Position numbers and translations under genes: made by a program
Notes under the pieces: model-generated
Databases searched by the model: none
Told to the model about the DNA's origin: nothing
What the model saw: the letters and a program-made list of their open reading frames with translations, nothing else
Source of the DNA: a bacterium
GTDB taxonomy: Bacteria; Patescibacteriota; Patescibacteriia; UBA10025
Length of the DNA stretch: 64,000 bases
NCBI GenBank assembly: GCA_021815445.1
Contig: JAKAGM010000001.1
Coordinates: 531,710 to 595,709, forward strand
Reading direction: 5' to 3'
Shown: positions 44,540 through 55,336 of the stretch, one piece after another
Layout: each line of letters begins with the position of its first letter
Numbering within the stretch: position 1 is the stretch's first letter

Positions 44540-44964
44540 AAGGGTTGCCGATGATGGATACGGTCAAGATAGCTCTGGAGAATAATACGAGCTGACTCCT
44601 CATCATCCGGCATCCGTTTTTTCCCGGCTTCCCTTTGCAATATCTTCGCGAGGCCCGTGCTCATGCGTTCGTCTTCGAGAATTACGGGTAATTTGAGGTG
44701 ATCGCGGAGTTTTTCCGCGAGCGCTTCCACCTTCTTAGCAGCGTCTCCTTTTTCACCTTTGGCATTCAGAGGAAAACCGACAACGACAGAAATAATATTT
44801 TCTTGGAGGCACAGCGCCTTGAGATGCTCAACGAGCTTGTCGTCCGACTCGCGCCTCACCACTCCCCGGCCAAAAACGAATCCTGCGTCCTCCGAACTGA
44901 TCGCCAAACCCACTTTTGCGGCGCCGTAATCAACCCCCAATATTTTTCCTCGGATGGGCGTCAT
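44536..44964 (-). CDS. ruvX: RuvX/YqgF nuclease
   Basis: LGVDYG...GLAIS, VVGFP, DERMST, A.IILQ.YL. Confidence 0.92.
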   Translation of the reverse strand: MTPIRGKILGVDYGAAKVGLAISSEDAGFVFGRGVVRRESDDKLVEHLKALCLQENIISVVVGFPLNAKGEKGDAAKKVEALAEKLRDHLKLPVILEDERMSTGLAKILQREAGKKRMPDDEESARIILQSYLDRIHHRQPL

Positions 44965-45710
44965 GATCTGGTGAGAATTTCGTAGCCGCGCTCGGTGACA
45001 GCAATGGTATGCTCAAAATGCGCCGCGAGCGATCCGTCATCGGTAATCACTGTCCACTGGTCGTCGAGTGTCGAGACAGCATAATCCCCTACAGTAACCA
45101 TGGGTTCTATGGCAAGCGTCATCCCCGCCTTAAGTACTGCGCCTGTCCCCGCTTCACCGTAATTTGGCACCGGGGGGTCTTCGTGCACCTCTGTGCCGAC
45201 TCCGTGGCCGACAAGGCTGCGAACGACGCCGAATCCTTTTTTTTCCACGAATGACTGCACGGCGTTGCCGATATCTCCAAGTGTGGCCCCCGCCCGCACT
45301 TTCCGCAGGCCCCGTTCCAGCGCTTGCCTGGTGACTTCAATAAGTCTCCGGGCTGTCCTCGATACTTTTCCGACTCCGACGGTGACCGCCATGTCCGTGT
45401 AGAACCCTTTGTACAACACACCGAGATCGAGTCCGACTACGTCTCCGTCCCGTAATTTTTTTTCACGGGATGGAATCCCGTGGACTACTTCGTTATTTAT
45501 GGAGACACAAAGACTCGCGGGATATCCCTGGTATCCTTTGAACGCAGGAGTTCCTCCCCGGGCGACCAAAAGATCCTGCGCCATCCGATCCAACGAGAGC
45601 GTATCTGCGTCGGGAACAGCATGGCGCGCGACCTCATGGAGCACTTCGGCGAGGATTGCTCCGCCCTCGCGCATCGTGCGAATGTCCTCCTGAGATTTAA
45701 TGACGATCAT
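44961..45710 (-). CDS. map: Methionine aminopeptidase type I
   Basis: VVHGIP, GHGVG...HEDP, AIEPM, AHFEHT. Confidence 0.97.
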   Translation of the reverse strand: MIVIKSQEDIRTMREGGAILAEVLHEVARHAVPDADTLSLDRMAQDLLVARGGTPAFKGYQGYPASLCVSINNEVVHGIPSREKKLRDGDVVGLDLGVLYKGFYTDMAVTVGVGKVSRTARRLIEVTRQALERGLRKVRAGATLGDIGNAVQSFVEKKGFGVVRSLVGHGVGTEVHEDPPVPNYGEAGTGAVLKAGMTLAIEPMVTVGDYAVSTLDDQWTVITDDGSLAAHFEHTIAVTERGYEILTRS

Positions 45711-46368
45711 GCAAGTGTTTCTTGATTGATCTCCACACCGTGCCTATCGACGGCTCGCCGTCGACGGTCATGACTATTCCACGGTGTTTGTAGTATGAGA
45801 GTATCGGCTTTGTTTTCTTAAGATACTCCCGCAACCTTTTCTTGATCACCGGCGGAGTATCGTCCTTTCGCTGGATAACTTTACCGCCGCACTGCGGGCA
45901 GATAACGGCACGCCGCGGGATTGTGACGCCCGAAATCCATGGTGTCCTGCATTTCAAACAAATGCGCCTCAGCGAAAGTCTTCTGATGGTCGTCGACTGG
46001 CGTAGGGGGATATAGATAACATGCGTGAGTTCGCGGCCGGCCTTTTTGAGGAGACCGTCAAACGTGCGCGCTTGCGCAAGCGTCCTCGGATATCCGTCGA
46101 AAACGATGCCTTGCTTCCGGGGAACTTTTTGCATAGCCCCGGCAATCACTTGGATGACCATCTTGTCAGGAATCAACTTGCCCTCGACATTAATCAAGCG
46201 GTTAATTTTCCTGCCAAGCGTATTATGCTGGGCGGCAAAGTACCTGAACACGGCGCCGGTCTCTATGTGAGCGAGCTTATATTGTTTTGCGAGCAATTTG
46301 GCTTGTGTGCCCTTCCCCGAACCCTGCGGACCGAGGAGGACGACATGCATCGAGCGAGAACGATTCAT
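45697..46368 (-). CDS. adk: Adenylate kinase
   Basis: GPQGSGKGTQ, DGYPR, Zn-type LID, R.DD. Confidence 0.93.
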   Translation of the reverse strand: MNRSRSMHVVLLGPQGSGKGTQAKLLAKQYKLAHIETGAVFRYFAAQHNTLGRKINRLINVEGKLIPDKMVIQVIAGAMQKVPRKQGIVFDGYPRTLAQARTFDGLLKKAGRELTHVIYIPLRQSTTIRRLSLRRICLKCRTPWISGVTIPRRAVICPQCGGKVIQRKDDTPPVIKKRLREYLKKTKPILSYYKHRGIVMTVDGEPSIGTVWRSIKKHLHDRH

Positions 46369-46488
46369 ATACTCAGTATACTTGAAAAGAAGCTATGATT
46401 CTACTTTTGTTCATCCCGCCTTATATGCCCACAAAAAAAGCCGTGTAATGATCGGCTTTCTCCCGTCGGAAATCTGCGGTGATGTTTA

Positions 46489-47766
46489 TTAGTAAAATCC
46501 TTCATAATCCCTCATGATCAGCTGGGATTCAACCTGTTTGACAGTTTCAATGACGACGCTGACGACAATGAGAAGACTCGTGCCTCCGATGACCAGATTC
46601 TGGGAACTCGTTGCTGACTGGAGCAAGTTGGGCAGGACCGCAATGATACCGAGAAAAAGCGCTCCGCCTAAAATGATGCGGTTAGAAATATAACTGAGAT
46701 AATGCGATGTCGGTTCCCCGGGACGTATGCCGGGAATAAACCCTCCCTGTTTCTGCAGGTTTTCAGCAAGCTGCTGCGGATGAAATACGACGGCGGTATA
46801 AAAATAGGTGAAAGCGACAACTAAGATAAAGTAGAGAGCGGCATAAAAAATTTGGTTTTTGAAAAGTAGAATAATCTCTGTCGCAAGCCGGGCTAACCAC
46901 GGAATGGAGGAATTGCTGAAAAATTGGGCAACAATAGGGGGAAAGACTACTATAGAAACCGCAAAAACTATAGGGATTACTCCCGCCTGATTAACTCTCA
47001 TGGGGAGGTGCGTGTCGACACCACCGTACATCCGGTTGCCCCGGATGCGTTTTGCATAAGATACGGGAATGTTGCGCTGGCCCTCGGTAATAAACACAAC
47101 CCCGGCAATAGTGATCGCGGCAATAGCGACAAAGATGACTATTGTGGGTAAATTACTCGGATCGTATGTCGCCAAAGTCTGCTGGATGGAGCTGGGAAGC
47201 CGGGCAACGATACCAGCGAAAATAATCAGCGATATGCCGTTGCCGATTTTCTTTTCTGAAATCAATTCCCCGAGCCACATGAGGAATATAGTCCCTGCCG
47301 TAATAGTTAGTATGGTAGTGGTGAGCTGCAGCGTCGTGAGATTGCCGATGATTCCCTGGCCGGATTTAGCGAAAAAAGTGATGAATCCGTAGGCGTTGAG
47401 CATCGCGAGAGGGACGGTAACGTAACGCGTGTACCGATTAATGCGCGCCTGCCCTGCCTCGCCTTCCTTCTGTATCTCCTCAAGCTTGGGAATAACCATC
47501 GTGAGAAGCTGGAAGATGATAGACGCCGTGATATACGGCCCGACGCCGAGCATGACGATTGAAAAATTTTGCATTCCGCCGCCCGTGAAGACATTGAGCA
47601 GTCCCAGCAATTGGTTTGATTGAAAAAAATTCCTGAGGTTCGCCGCATCGACTCCCGGGACCGGAATATGGGCGGACAGCCGGAAAACAATCAGCATTGC
47701 AAAAACAAACAGAATCTTATTCCGTAATTCCCGAATTTTCCAAATTTGGACGAATCGGTCAAGCAT
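46489..47766 (-). CDS. secY: Preprotein translocase SecY
   Basis: LGVGPYITASII, GNGISL, IPGIRPG, GGTSLLI. Confidence 0.98.
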   Translation of the reverse strand: MLDRFVQIWKIRELRNKILFVFAMLIVFRLSAHIPVPGVDAANLRNFFQSNQLLGLLNVFTGGGMQNFSIVMLGVGPYITASIIFQLLTMVIPKLEEIQKEGEAGQARINRYTRYVTVPLAMLNAYGFITFFAKSGQGIIGNLTTLQLTTTILTITAGTIFLMWLGELISEKKIGNGISLIIFAGIVARLPSSIQQTLATYDPSNLPTIVIFVAIAAITIAGVVFITEGQRNIPVSYAKRIRGNRMYGGVDTHLPMRVNQAGVIPIVFAVSIVVFPPIVAQFFSNSSIPWLARLATEIILLFKNQIFYAALYFILVVAFTYFYTAVVFHPQQLAENLQKQGGFIPGIRPGEPTSHYLSYISNRIILGGALFLGIIAVLPNLLQSATSSQNLVIGGTSLLIVVSVVIETVKQVESQLIMRDYEGFY

Positions 47767-47772
47767 AGCAGG

Positions 47773-48219
47773 CTACTTCCTGTAAATGGTTTTACCCCCT
47801 GCTTTGATGATAGCAGAATCGGCTCCCTGGGAAAAATGATCCGCGACGACAGTAAGTTTCTTCGTCAGCTTTCCCGATCCGAGAATTTTGATTCTCACAC
47901 GGGGAGTAACCGTGAGTTTTTTTTCAAAAAGCTTTTGAACCGTCACCCGATCTCCCGTTGAGAAATGTGCGTTGAGCACGGAAAGATTTATTACGGTTGG
48001 TTTCATGAAGTGACTTTTAAATCCCCTGCTTTTGGGGAGCTGCTGGAGGAACTGCTTTAAGCCTCGCCGTTTCAGTCCCCGTCTGCCTCCGGTGCGCGCT
48101 TTCTGGCCTTTTTGTCCCCTGCCCGAATACGTCCCGTGGCCGGAAGCATTTCCGCGGCCGATGGGGCGGCGGCGCTTTCTTCCTCTTGGCGCTGAAAGTT
48201 GGTGAAGGGTCAGGGTCAT
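47773..48219 (-). CDS. rplO: 50S ribosomal protein L15
   Basis: GRG..SG.G...GRGQKGQ; position. Confidence 0.95.
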   Translation of the reverse strand: MTLTLHQLSAPRGRKRRRPIGRGNASGHGTYSGRGQKGQKARTGGRRGLKRRGLKQFLQQLPKSRGFKSHFMKPTVINLSVLNAHFSTGDRVTVQKLFEKKLTVTPRVRIKILGSGKLTKKLTVVADHFSQGADSAIIKAGGKTIYRK

Positions 48220-48746
48220 ACTTTTGATGCTGATGAATGAAATTGTCTCAGTGTCGCCTGGTCCTTAAGCTGCTTCAGCGCCAGCACGGTAGCCTGGACA
48301 TTATTAATCTTGCTTTTTGATCCCAACATCTTGCTGACGATATTTTTTATACCCGCGAGCTCCACCATCGAGCGGATTGCGCCGCCGGCGATGACCCCCG
48401 AGCCTTTTGGCGCTGGGCGCAGAAGGACGTGAGCGGCTCCAAATTTCTGCCGAACAATATGGGGTATGCTGTCGTTAACTATGGTGACAGTGACTAGGTG
48501 CTTTTTTGCCTTACTGACGGCTTTTGTGATCGCCGCTGAAACATCGGCGCCCTTCGCGATGCCGATGCCTATCTTCCCTTTGTGATTGCCTATGGCAACG
48601 CAGGCCCGGAATCGCATGCGCTTGCCGCCCGCCATGACGCGGGTAACGCGCGCAATATCAATAATCCTTTGGTCGAATTCTTTCTTTTCCTCGCGATAAC
48701 CGCCCTGATTTCTTTGTCGAGATCCTCTCTGTTTCATAGTAGACAT
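48216..48746 (-). CDS. rpsE: 30S ribosomal protein S5
   Basis: RVTRV..GGKR, PA..GSGVIAGG. Confidence 0.97.
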   Translation of the reverse strand: MSTMKQRGSRQRNQGGYREEKKEFDQRIIDIARVTRVMAGGKRMRFRACVAIGNHKGKIGIGIAKGADVSAAITKAVSKAKKHLVTVTIVNDSIPHIVRQKFGAAHVLLRPAPKGSGVIAGGAIRSMVELAGIKNIVSKMLGSKSKINNVQATVLALKQLKDQATLRQFHSSASKV

Positions 48747-48754
48747 TAATTGCG

Positions 48755-49111
48755 CTAAAACTTTAAACCGGCATGGCGGGCAGCTTCTGCAAAAGCTGCT
48801 ATCCTGCCGTGGTACAGATACGGCCCACGGTCAAAAACAACCCGTGAAAATCCTGCAGCAACAGCCTTTTTCCCGAACAGTTCTCCCAGTTTCTGCGCAC
48901 GTTCTGTTTTAGTCCCTTTTGCTTTCTGGAGATCTTTCTCTGACGCTGAAACGAGCGTCTTTCCTGCATCATCGTCAATCAGTTGTGCGGAGATATGCTG
49001 AAGACTGCGGAAGACATGAAGTCTTGGCTTCGTACGATCCCCTTTCACTTGTGCGCGAACACGGAGTGCGCGCGCGTTGTGTAACCTTCTTTTGTGTATA
49101 ATCCCGTTCAT
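48755..49111 (-). CDS. rplR: 50S ribosomal protein L18
   Basis: PRL.VFRS, VVFDRG.Y.YHGR. Confidence 0.97.
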   Translation of the reverse strand: MNGIIHKRRLHNARALRVRAQVKGDRTKPRLHVFRSLQHISAQLIDDDAGKTLVSASEKDLQKAKGTKTERAQKLGELFGKKAVAAGFSRVVFDRGPYLYHGRIAAFAEAARHAGLKF

Positions 49112-49117
49112 ATTCGT

Positions 49118-49669
49118 TTATGATGCGCCTGCGGCTTTTACAACCTTTCCGGCCTTACGACGGATCACTTCGTCAGAATATTTTATTCCTTTACCTTTGT
49201 ACGGTTCGGGTACTTTCAATGCCCGTATCTCTGCCGCAGTCTCACCCACCACTTGTTTGTTTATTCCGCTCAGTACCACCACATTCTTTTCTACCTTGGC
49301 TGCTACTCCTTGGGGAAGCGGGAAGTTTACCGGATGGGAGAAACCGAGATTAAGAACCAGTGTGGTGCCTTGCACGGCAGCCTTGAATCCGATACCGTTG
49401 ATTTCGAGCTTCTTCTCGAACCCTTTCGACACTCCTTCCACCATATTGGCTGTCAGAGCGCGGAAAAGCCCCCAAAGTGCACGTTCCTTCTTGTCGTCTT
49501 TGTTTTTTACACTGATAACTGCCGCTCCTTTTTCTACGGCGCACTGAACATTGGCCGGCACCGGCTGTGTAAGCGTGCCCTTGGGACCCTTGACGGAGAT
49601 CTGTGAATTCTGAAAAGTCACCGTCACGCCGTCTGGAATTTGAATTGGCTGTTTGCCGATGCGCGACAT
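49118..49669 (-). CDS. rplF: 50S ribosomal protein L6
   Basis: MSRIGK, PEPYKGKGI. Confidence 0.98.
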   Translation of the reverse strand: MSRIGKQPIQIPDGVTVTFQNSQISVKGPKGTLTQPVPANVQCAVEKGAAVISVKNKDDKKERALWGLFRALTANMVEGVSKGFEKKLEINGIGFKAAVQGTTLVLNLGFSHPVNFPLPQGVAAKVEKNVVVLSGINKQVVGETAAEIRALKVPEPYKGKGIKYSDEVIRRKAGKVVKAAGAS

Positions 49670-49672
49670 AGA

Positions 49673-50068
49673 TTAATATATCTCACAGATAATTTCGCCT
49701 CCGACCTTCTTTTTCTTTGCTTCACGGTGGGTCATAATCCCCTGAGAGGTGGAAAGAATAGCGACTCCAAGCTCAGGAGTCCACATGGGAAGGTCCTGGT
49801 AGCCGTTATACACCCTCCTGCCCGGCTTGCTGATGCGTTTCACTCCGCGAATTACTGGTTCGCCTTTCACATATTTTAATCCGAGGGCCAGAACGTTGCC
49901 GTGTTCCGTATTTTTTTCTTCAATACCAGAAAGATACCCTTCTTTTTCCAATATTTTTGCGATGGCAAGCTTCAGCTTCGAGAATGGGATAATGGCCTGG
50001 TCTTTGCGCACCAAACTCGCATTGCGGATTCGCGTAATCATGTCTGCTATGGGGTCTGTAGATTGCAT
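49673..50068 (-). CDS. rpsH: 30S ribosomal protein S8
   Basis: DPIADMITRIRN, SKPGRRVY. Confidence 0.98.
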   Translation of the reverse strand: MQSTDPIADMITRIRNASLVRKDQAIIPFSKLKLAIAKILEKEGYLSGIEEKNTEHGNVLALGLKYVKGEPVIRGVKRISKPGRRVYNGYQDLPMWTPELGVAILSTSQGIMTHREAKKKKVGGEIICEIY

Positions 50069-50082
50069 AAAGGTGTATTTAT

Positions 50083-50268
50083 CTACCAGCTTGATTTGGT
50101 AATGCCGGGAATTTGTCCGTTATTCGCCAGTTCTCGGAAACAGATCCTGCATAAGCGGAACTTACGTATATATCCCCGCCGTCTGCCGCATCTGAAACAA
50201 CGCCGGACTGTGCGGGTCGAGTACTTAGGTTTTTTCTTAGCTCTGGCTATTTGGGAGGTTTTTGGCAT
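50083..50268 (-). CDS. rpsN: 30S ribosomal protein S14 (zinc-binding type Z)
   Basis: [16 protein letters not shown] end. Confidence 0.97.
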   Translation of the reverse strand: MPKTSQIARAKKKPKYSTRTVRRCFRCGRRRGYIRKFRLCRICFRELANNGQIPGITKSSW

Positions 50269-50286
50269 AAAAGAAAATAGAAAATG

Positions 50287-50835
50287 CTACTCCGGCCGGC
50301 TAAAAGGAATGCCGAGAAGTTGCAAAAGATACATGCCTTCATCGCGAGTCTTGGCTGTCGTACTGATGGTTACCTGGAGACCATGCGTGAAGTCTACATT
50401 GTCCTGCCCTATCTCGGGAAAAATCCCCTGCTCGCGGATCCCGACTGATAAATTCCCGCGCATGTCGACGCTTTGAGGAGAAATACCGCGAAAATCCCTG
50501 ATACGAGGCATAACGATGCGAACCAGCTTCTCGACAAAATCGTACATGCGTTTCCCCCGCATCGTCGCCATCATCCCCACAATCATGCCTTCCCTGATTT
50601 TAAAGCTTGATATCGATTTTTTTGCCGCGCGATTCACAATATGCTGTCCTGTAATAAGTTCGAGGTTATGCCTGATTTTTTCAAGGATTTTATCATCTTT
50701 GCCAATCTTCCCCACGCCCGCATTGACAACGACTTTTTCAAGCCGGGGCACCTCCAGCGCATTGGCGTATCCGAAACGCTTCTTCATTTCGGGTATAACA
50801 ACTTTTTTATAATGGTCCACTAAAGCTGGTTTCAT
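50287..50835 (-). CDS. rplE: 50S ribosomal protein L5
   Basis: VPRLEKVVVN, PRIRDFRG. Confidence 0.98.
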   Translation of the reverse strand: MKPALVDHYKKVVIPEMKKRFGYANALEVPRLEKVVVNAGVGKIGKDDKILEKIRHNLELITGQHIVNRAAKKSISSFKIREGMIVGMMATMRGKRMYDFVEKLVRIVMPRIRDFRGISPQSVDMRGNLSVGIREQGIFPEIGQDNVDFTHGLQVTISTTAKTRDEGMYLLQLLGIPFSRPE

Positions 50836-51152
50836 GAGATTGCTTGCTTACATTTTTTACATACCCGAGTTTTTTTCCCGTCGCGTTGCATCAGGTATCC
50901 TGCGCGTCGTCCACGACCGCAATGCGAGCAGTAGAGGAGAACATTCGAAATGTCCATGGGAGCGTTATAGCGTATGATCTGCCCCTTTTCCCCCTGCCGG
51001 CGCGGACGCACGTTCTTTGCGAGGAGATTAAGCCCCTCGACGACGATCTTGCCGCTCTTGGGCATGATCTGTAATGCTTTCGCACGCTTGCCCTTGTCCT
51101 TGCCTGCGATAACGCTTACCATATCTCCTTTTTTTATGAGCATCTGTGTCAT
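50832..51152 (-). CDS. rplX: 50S ribosomal protein L24
   Basis: [15 protein letters not shown]. Confidence 0.97.
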   Translation of the reverse strand: MTQMLIKKGDMVSVIAGKDKGKRAKALQIMPKSGKIVVEGLNLLAKNVRPRRQGEKGQIIRYNAPMDISNVLLYCSHCGRGRRAGYLMQRDGKKTRVCKKCKQAIS

Positions 51153-51520
51153 AAGACTTCTGGTGCAAGCGAAATAATCTTTATGTAGCCCCTTGCGCGC
51201 AGTTCGCGGGGTATCGGGCCGAAAATTCTAGTCCCCCGGGGTTCTTTTGTTTTTCTGTCGATGATAACTCCCGCATTATCATCGAATCTGATATAAGAAC
51301 CGTCTGTACGACGAATTTCCTTGCGCTGGCGGACAATGACGACATGCACAATGTCGCTCTTTTTTACCGCGCTGTGCGGCACTGCTTCTTTAACAGTCAC
51401 TGTTACGATGTCACCGATACGTGCATACCGGCGTTGATATCCGTTAAGAACTTTAATCACTCTGAGGCGTTTTGCGCCCGTATTATCTGCAACAGATAAT
51501 GCTGTGCCAAGTTGAATCAT
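51149..51520 (-). CDS. rplN: 50S ribosomal protein L14
   Basis: VADNTGA, GTRIFGP, SLAPEVL. Confidence 0.98.
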   Translation of the reverse strand: MIQLGTALSVADNTGAKRLRVIKVLNGYQRRYARIGDIVTVTVKEAVPHSAVKKSDIVHVVIVRQRKEIRRTDGSYIRFDDNAGVIIDRKTKEPRGTRIFGPIPRELRARGYIKIISLAPEVL

Positions 51521-51524
51521 AGGA

Positions 51525-51782
51525 TTAAGCTTGCGGGTAGATTACCATCCAGCGTTTGCGGCGCGAAAACGGCCGACAGGCGTGAAAAGAAACTGCGTCT
51601 CCGACATGAAACCTGTTTTGCGGATCATGAACAAAATATTTTTTTGTCCGGGTATACCGTTTCCTATAACGAGGATGGAGGACTGTCCGCTTGACGATGA
51701 CGGCGATTGTCTTATCCATCGCATCAGAAGTAACTATTCCCTGGAGTGTGCGGATATTCTTTTTTTCTTGCGTAAGGGTCAT
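51525..51782 (-). CDS. rpsQ: 30S ribosomal protein S17
   Basis: MDKTI.V, HP.Y.K, RP.SR.KRW. Confidence 0.96.
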   Translation of the reverse strand: MTLTQEKKNIRTLQGIVTSDAMDKTIAVIVKRTVLHPRYRKRYTRTKKYFVHDPQNRFHVGDAVSFHACRPFSRRKRWMVIYPQA

Positions 51783-51787
51783 AATGG

Positions 51788-52006
51788 TTATTGCTTCGCA
51801 GATTCACGTTTTTTTAATAATGTTTTTTTGGTATTGAGAATAGTATGTATCTGCGCGATTTCCTTCCGCAGCGCGCGAATTTCTCGCACATCCTTAAGCT
51901 GTTTCGCCACAACCCTGAAACGGGCATCGCGGAGTTTCTCGCGTAATTGCGCAAGTAATTTCGTTAACTCTGTTGAATGTTTTACCCTGAGTTCTTTGAG
52001 TTCCAT
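51788..52006 (-). CDS. rpmC: 50S ribosomal protein L29
   Basis: ELR...IR.LRK.IA.I.T; position. Confidence 0.93.
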   Translation of the reverse strand: MELKELRVKHSTELTKLLAQLREKLRDARFRVVAKQLKDVREIRALRKEIAQIHTILNTKKTLLKKRESAKQ

Positions 52007-52013
52007 AGTGGAC

Positions 52014-52427
52014 CTAGGAAGTCTTTTTTTCTACAAATGTCGTGATGACGGGAAGTTTGTGCGCGGCCAATTTCATCGCTTCAGCGGCTATCTCACGGGA
52101 TACGCCGTCCATCTCAAAGAGGATAGTTCCCGCCTTGACGACTGCGACATAATGATCGACGGGGCCTTTACCGCCGCCCATGCGAATTTCAGAGCCTTTG
52201 ATCGTAATAGGTTTGTCGGGAAAAATTCTGATCCAGATTTTCCCTCCCCGTTGGATATACCTCGTCATCGCCCTTCGTGCGGCTTCGATTTGGCGTGACG
52301 TAACCCAGCTCTTTTCCATCGCACGCAATCCGAAACTTCCGAAACTTAGATGAATTTTTTGAGTAGCTTTCCCCCGGATACTCCCCCGCTGCCATTTCCT
52401 GTATTTAACTTTTTTCGGCATTAACAT
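52014..52427 (-). CDS. rplP: 50S ribosomal protein L16
   Basis: [18 protein letters not shown]. Confidence 0.98.
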   Translation of the reverse strand: MLMPKKVKYRKWQRGSIRGKATQKIHLSFGSFGLRAMEKSWVTSRQIEAARRAMTRYIQRGGKIWIRIFPDKPITIKGSEIRMGGGKGPVDHYVAVVKAGTILFEMDGVSREIAAEAMKLAAHKLPVITTFVEKKTS

Positions 52428-52439
52428 AGGAGTTCCTAG

Positions 52440-53108
52440 CTATTGTTTGATTTCAGCGGGCGCTTCCTTCTGCGAGAAGACTTGGCCTTTGTATATCCAG
52501 ACTTTCACTCCGATAGACCCGTACGTAGTGTGGGCGGTACCGCGTCCATAATCGATGTCCGCACGAAGCGTGTGCAGCGGCAAACTGCCCCAGGTAAGTT
52601 TTTCAGTTCGAGCAATTTCAGCGCCGCCGAGTCTCCCGGCTACAGATACTTTAATCCCTTTCGCACCGGCCTTTTGCGCCTGATCTACTGATTGTTTCAG
52701 CACCCGGCGAAACGGGACGCGTTGCTCAATCTGCTCGATCATGTTTTGGCAGACTATCTGGGAATGCAGTGCTGGTTGGGAAATTTCTTCAATACTGATG
52801 CGTAAATTGATTTTCTGTTTGTTGAGAAACTTTTTTGCAATTTCCTTGCGCAGTTCTTCGACGCCTACTCCGCCCCGGCCTATCACTACTCCTGGTTTTG
52901 AAGTGTGGATAGTGATAGTGAGACTCGATCCTGAACGCTCAATAGTAACATCAGCGACTCCGCCGTCTTTGAGTTTCTTAACGATGAAACGGCGGATACC
53001 GATATCCTCTTGGAGCAAAACGGAAAAGTTTTTCTTTGCGAACCAGCGGGATTTCCATGTCTGGGTAATGCCCATGCGAAATATTTTTGGATGTACTTTT
53101 TGTCCCAT
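52440..53108 (-). CDS. rpsC: 30S ribosomal protein S3
   Basis: MGQKVHP, GRLGGAEIAR, PLHTLRADIDY. Confidence 0.98.
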   Translation of the reverse strand: MGQKVHPKIFRMGITQTWKSRWFAKKNFSVLLQEDIGIRRFIVKKLKDGGVADVTIERSGSSLTITIHTSKPGVVIGRGGVGVEELRKEIAKKFLNKQKINLRISIEEISQPALHSQIVCQNMIEQIEQRVPFRRVLKQSVDQAQKAGAKGIKVSVAGRLGGAEIARTEKLTWGSLPLHTLRADIDYGRGTAHTTYGSIGVKVWIYKGQVFSQKEAPAEIKQ

Positions 53109-53117
53109 AAAGATATA

Positions 53118-53639
53118 TTATGATGTTCCCTGCCGAGGCACGATATGGTCGCCAAGCCGTTTCGTACGTGTTAAAACCTTTTTCTCAAGTTGGCGAGGTT
53201 TCTTCCCTTCCACTTTTGCGGGGTGATGCTCTTTAATATCCTTTTTTTTCATTACCGGTAGAGATGTTGTCTTAGCGCTCTCTTTCTTTGCGGTGTGTAC
53301 TGACGGATGTTTCTCGCTCAGCACTATAGTGACATGGCAGGAGTGTTTCTTGATGGGTGCGGCGGTGCCGAATGCGCGCGGCCTGAACCGTTTGAGCGAT
53401 GGTCCCTGATCCACCGTTATGGTTTTGATGTAGAGTTCCTCTTTCTTGAGTTTGTTGTTATTGACTGCATTAGCAGCCGCTGAATGTAATAATTTCATCA
53501 GAGGGTGCGCGGCTCGCTTTGATGAAAAGCGCAACTGGTTTTCCGCCGGCTCCACATCAAGCCCGCGGACAAGATTGGCCACTAGCCTGACCTTGCGATC
53601 TGACATCCGTAAGTAACTGAGTTTTGCGGTAACATCCAT
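53118..53639 (-). CDS. rplV: 50S ribosomal protein L22 with basic C-terminal extension
   Basis: RKVRLVA, LKRFRPRAFG. Confidence 0.96.
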   Translation of the reverse strand: MDVTAKLSYLRMSDRKVRLVANLVRGLDVEPAENQLRFSSKRAAHPLMKLLHSAAANAVNNNKLKKEELYIKTITVDQGPSLKRFRPRAFGTAAPIKKHSCHVTIVLSEKHPSVHTAKKESAKTTSLPVMKKKDIKEHHPAKVEGKKPRQLEKKVLTRTKRLGDHIVPRQGTS

Positions 53640-53645
53640 AGGTGG

Positions 53646-53999
53646 TTATTCCGGTTTTGCGGCCTTCTTCTCTGGAGCCGCTTTCTGCGCTTCAGTCGCC
53701 TGCTTTTCTGCCTCTGCAGCCGCTGCTTCAGCTTCACGCTGCATGCGCCCGCCGTGTCGCACGAATTTTCTCGTCAGGGAAAACTCTCCTAACTTATGAC
53801 CCACCATGTTCTCAACAACAGTGACAGGGATGTGTATTTTACCGTTGTGCACCCCAAAGGTGAATCCGATAAAATCAGGAATAATGACAGAATCGCGAGA
53901 CCACGTTTTAATGACAGTTTTGTCGCCAACGCGCAACCGCTTTACTTTTTCGAGCAACTTTGGATCGGTAAATGGGCCTTTTTTGAGACTGCGAGACAT
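53646..53999 (-). CDS. rpsS: 30S ribosomal protein S19
   Basis: [19 protein letters not shown]. Confidence 0.98.
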   Translation of the reverse strand: MSRSLKKGPFTDPKLLEKVKRLRVGDKTVIKTWSRDSVIIPDFIGFTFGVHNGKIHIPVTVVENMVGHKLGEFSLTRKFVRHGGRMQREAEAAAAEAEKQATEAQKAAPEKKAAKPE

Positions 54000-54014
54000 A
54001 GGATAATATTAAAA

Positions 54015-54851
54015 TTATTTCTTCCTGCGCTGAAGTATGAGCGCCGCGGAGTGCTTGTTGGCTCTTCGCGTTTTGACACCGAGCGCCGGTTTGCCCCAAG
54101 GGGTCTTAGGATGTTTCAAACCTATCGGGTTGTGCCCTTCCCCGCCGCCGTGCGGGTGGTCGACAGGATTCATCGCTTTACCGCGGACAGTCGGGCGGAT
54201 ACCCATGAGACGCTTGCGTCCTGCTTTGCCAAGTCTGATGTTGCTGTGATCGATATTGGACACCTGGCCTATAGTTGCCATGCACTGCCGCGAAACCTGC
54301 CGTATTTCCCCTGAAGGCAGTTTGATTTGGGCATATGCCCCCTCGACAGCCATCAACGTCGCCGATGACCCGGCCGATCTGACGATTTCGCCGCCTTTTC
54401 CGGGCCACAATTCGATATTGTGTATGCTTATTCCCGGGGGGATTTTCTCAAGCGGGAGCCTGTTGCCGACGCGAATCTCTGCCCGCTCGCGAGATGATAC
54501 CACCTGACTTCCAATTTGTAAATCAGTCGGTGCGAGAATATAGCGCCGTTCTCCGTCCGGATATTTCACCAACGCGATATGCGCCGAACGGTTTGGGTCG
54601 TATTCAATAGTTTGGACAACAGCGGGAACATCAAAGCGGTCAAGGATAAAGTCAATGGAGCGCAGGAATCTTTTCTGCTGACCGCCGCGGTGGCGCACGG
54701 TGATCTTGCCCTGTCCATTTCGGCCGGACGTCGTTGGCGCCGTCGAACGCAGAGATCGCGGGACGCGGCTCGGCTTCGTCAGATGGCTGGTGTCCACTAC
54801 CGACGCATGGCGCCTTCCGGGTGTTGTTGGTTTATAACTCTTGATAGCCAT
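54015..54851 (-). CDS. rplB: 50S ribosomal protein L2
   Basis: [23 protein letters not shown]. Confidence 0.99.
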   Translation of the reverse strand: MAIKSYKPTTPGRRHASVVDTSHLTKPSRVPRSLRSTAPTTSGRNGQGKITVRHRGGQQKRFLRSIDFILDRFDVPAVVQTIEYDPNRSAHIALVKYPDGERRYILAPTDLQIGSQVVSSRERAEIRVGNRLPLEKIPPGISIHNIELWPGKGGEIVRSAGSSATLMAVEGAYAQIKLPSGEIRQVSRQCMATIGQVSNIDHSNIRLGKAGRKRLMGIRPTVRGKAMNPVDHPHGGGEGHNPIGLKHPKTPWGKPALGVKTRRANKHSAALILQRRKK

Positions 54852-54857
54852 AGCAGG

Positions 54858-55334
54858 TTAGACTCCTTCGTACAAATCAATTTTTTCCCCCTCTTTGAGC
54901 GTCACGACGGCTTTTTTCCAATCGTTGGTGACACCCTCAACTTTTCCGAATCTGACCTTTTTTCCTGAAACATTGACCATATTCACATAAATAGGATGGA
55001 CGCCGTACACGTTCGAAACGGCTTCAGCTACTTGGGCCTTGTTCGCGTGGAGCGCGACGGCAAACGTATACTGTCTGTCAGCCGCCTGCATGGACGCTTT
55101 TTCTGTTATCACGACGTGCCGAAGTATTCGGTAGGCGTCTTTTGTGTCCTCTTTTATTAAAACTTTCTTGGCCCGCGGCGCCTCTTTATCTTTTTTCTTT
55201 TCGTCGCGCGCATTTTTTGGGAGCGCTTCGCGACCCTTGCTGCCAGCTTTTTTGGCCTCTTCAACAACATTGCGAGGTTTTTTGTCCTTGCCAACGGATT
55301 CAAATCGCTTTTTAAACCGGTCAAATAATCCCAT
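54858..55334 (-). CDS. rplW: 50S ribosomal protein L23 with N-terminal extension
   Basis: ITEKA, WKKAVVTL. Confidence 0.95.
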   Translation of the reverse strand: MGLFDRFKKRFESVGKDKKPRNVVEEAKKAGSKGREALPKNARDEKKKDKEAPRAKKVLIKEDTKDAYRILRHVVITEKASMQAADRQYTFAVALHANKAQVAEAVSNVYGVHPIYVNMVNVSGKKVRFGKVEGVTNDWKKAVVTLKEGEKIDLYEGV

Positions 55335-55336
55335 AG

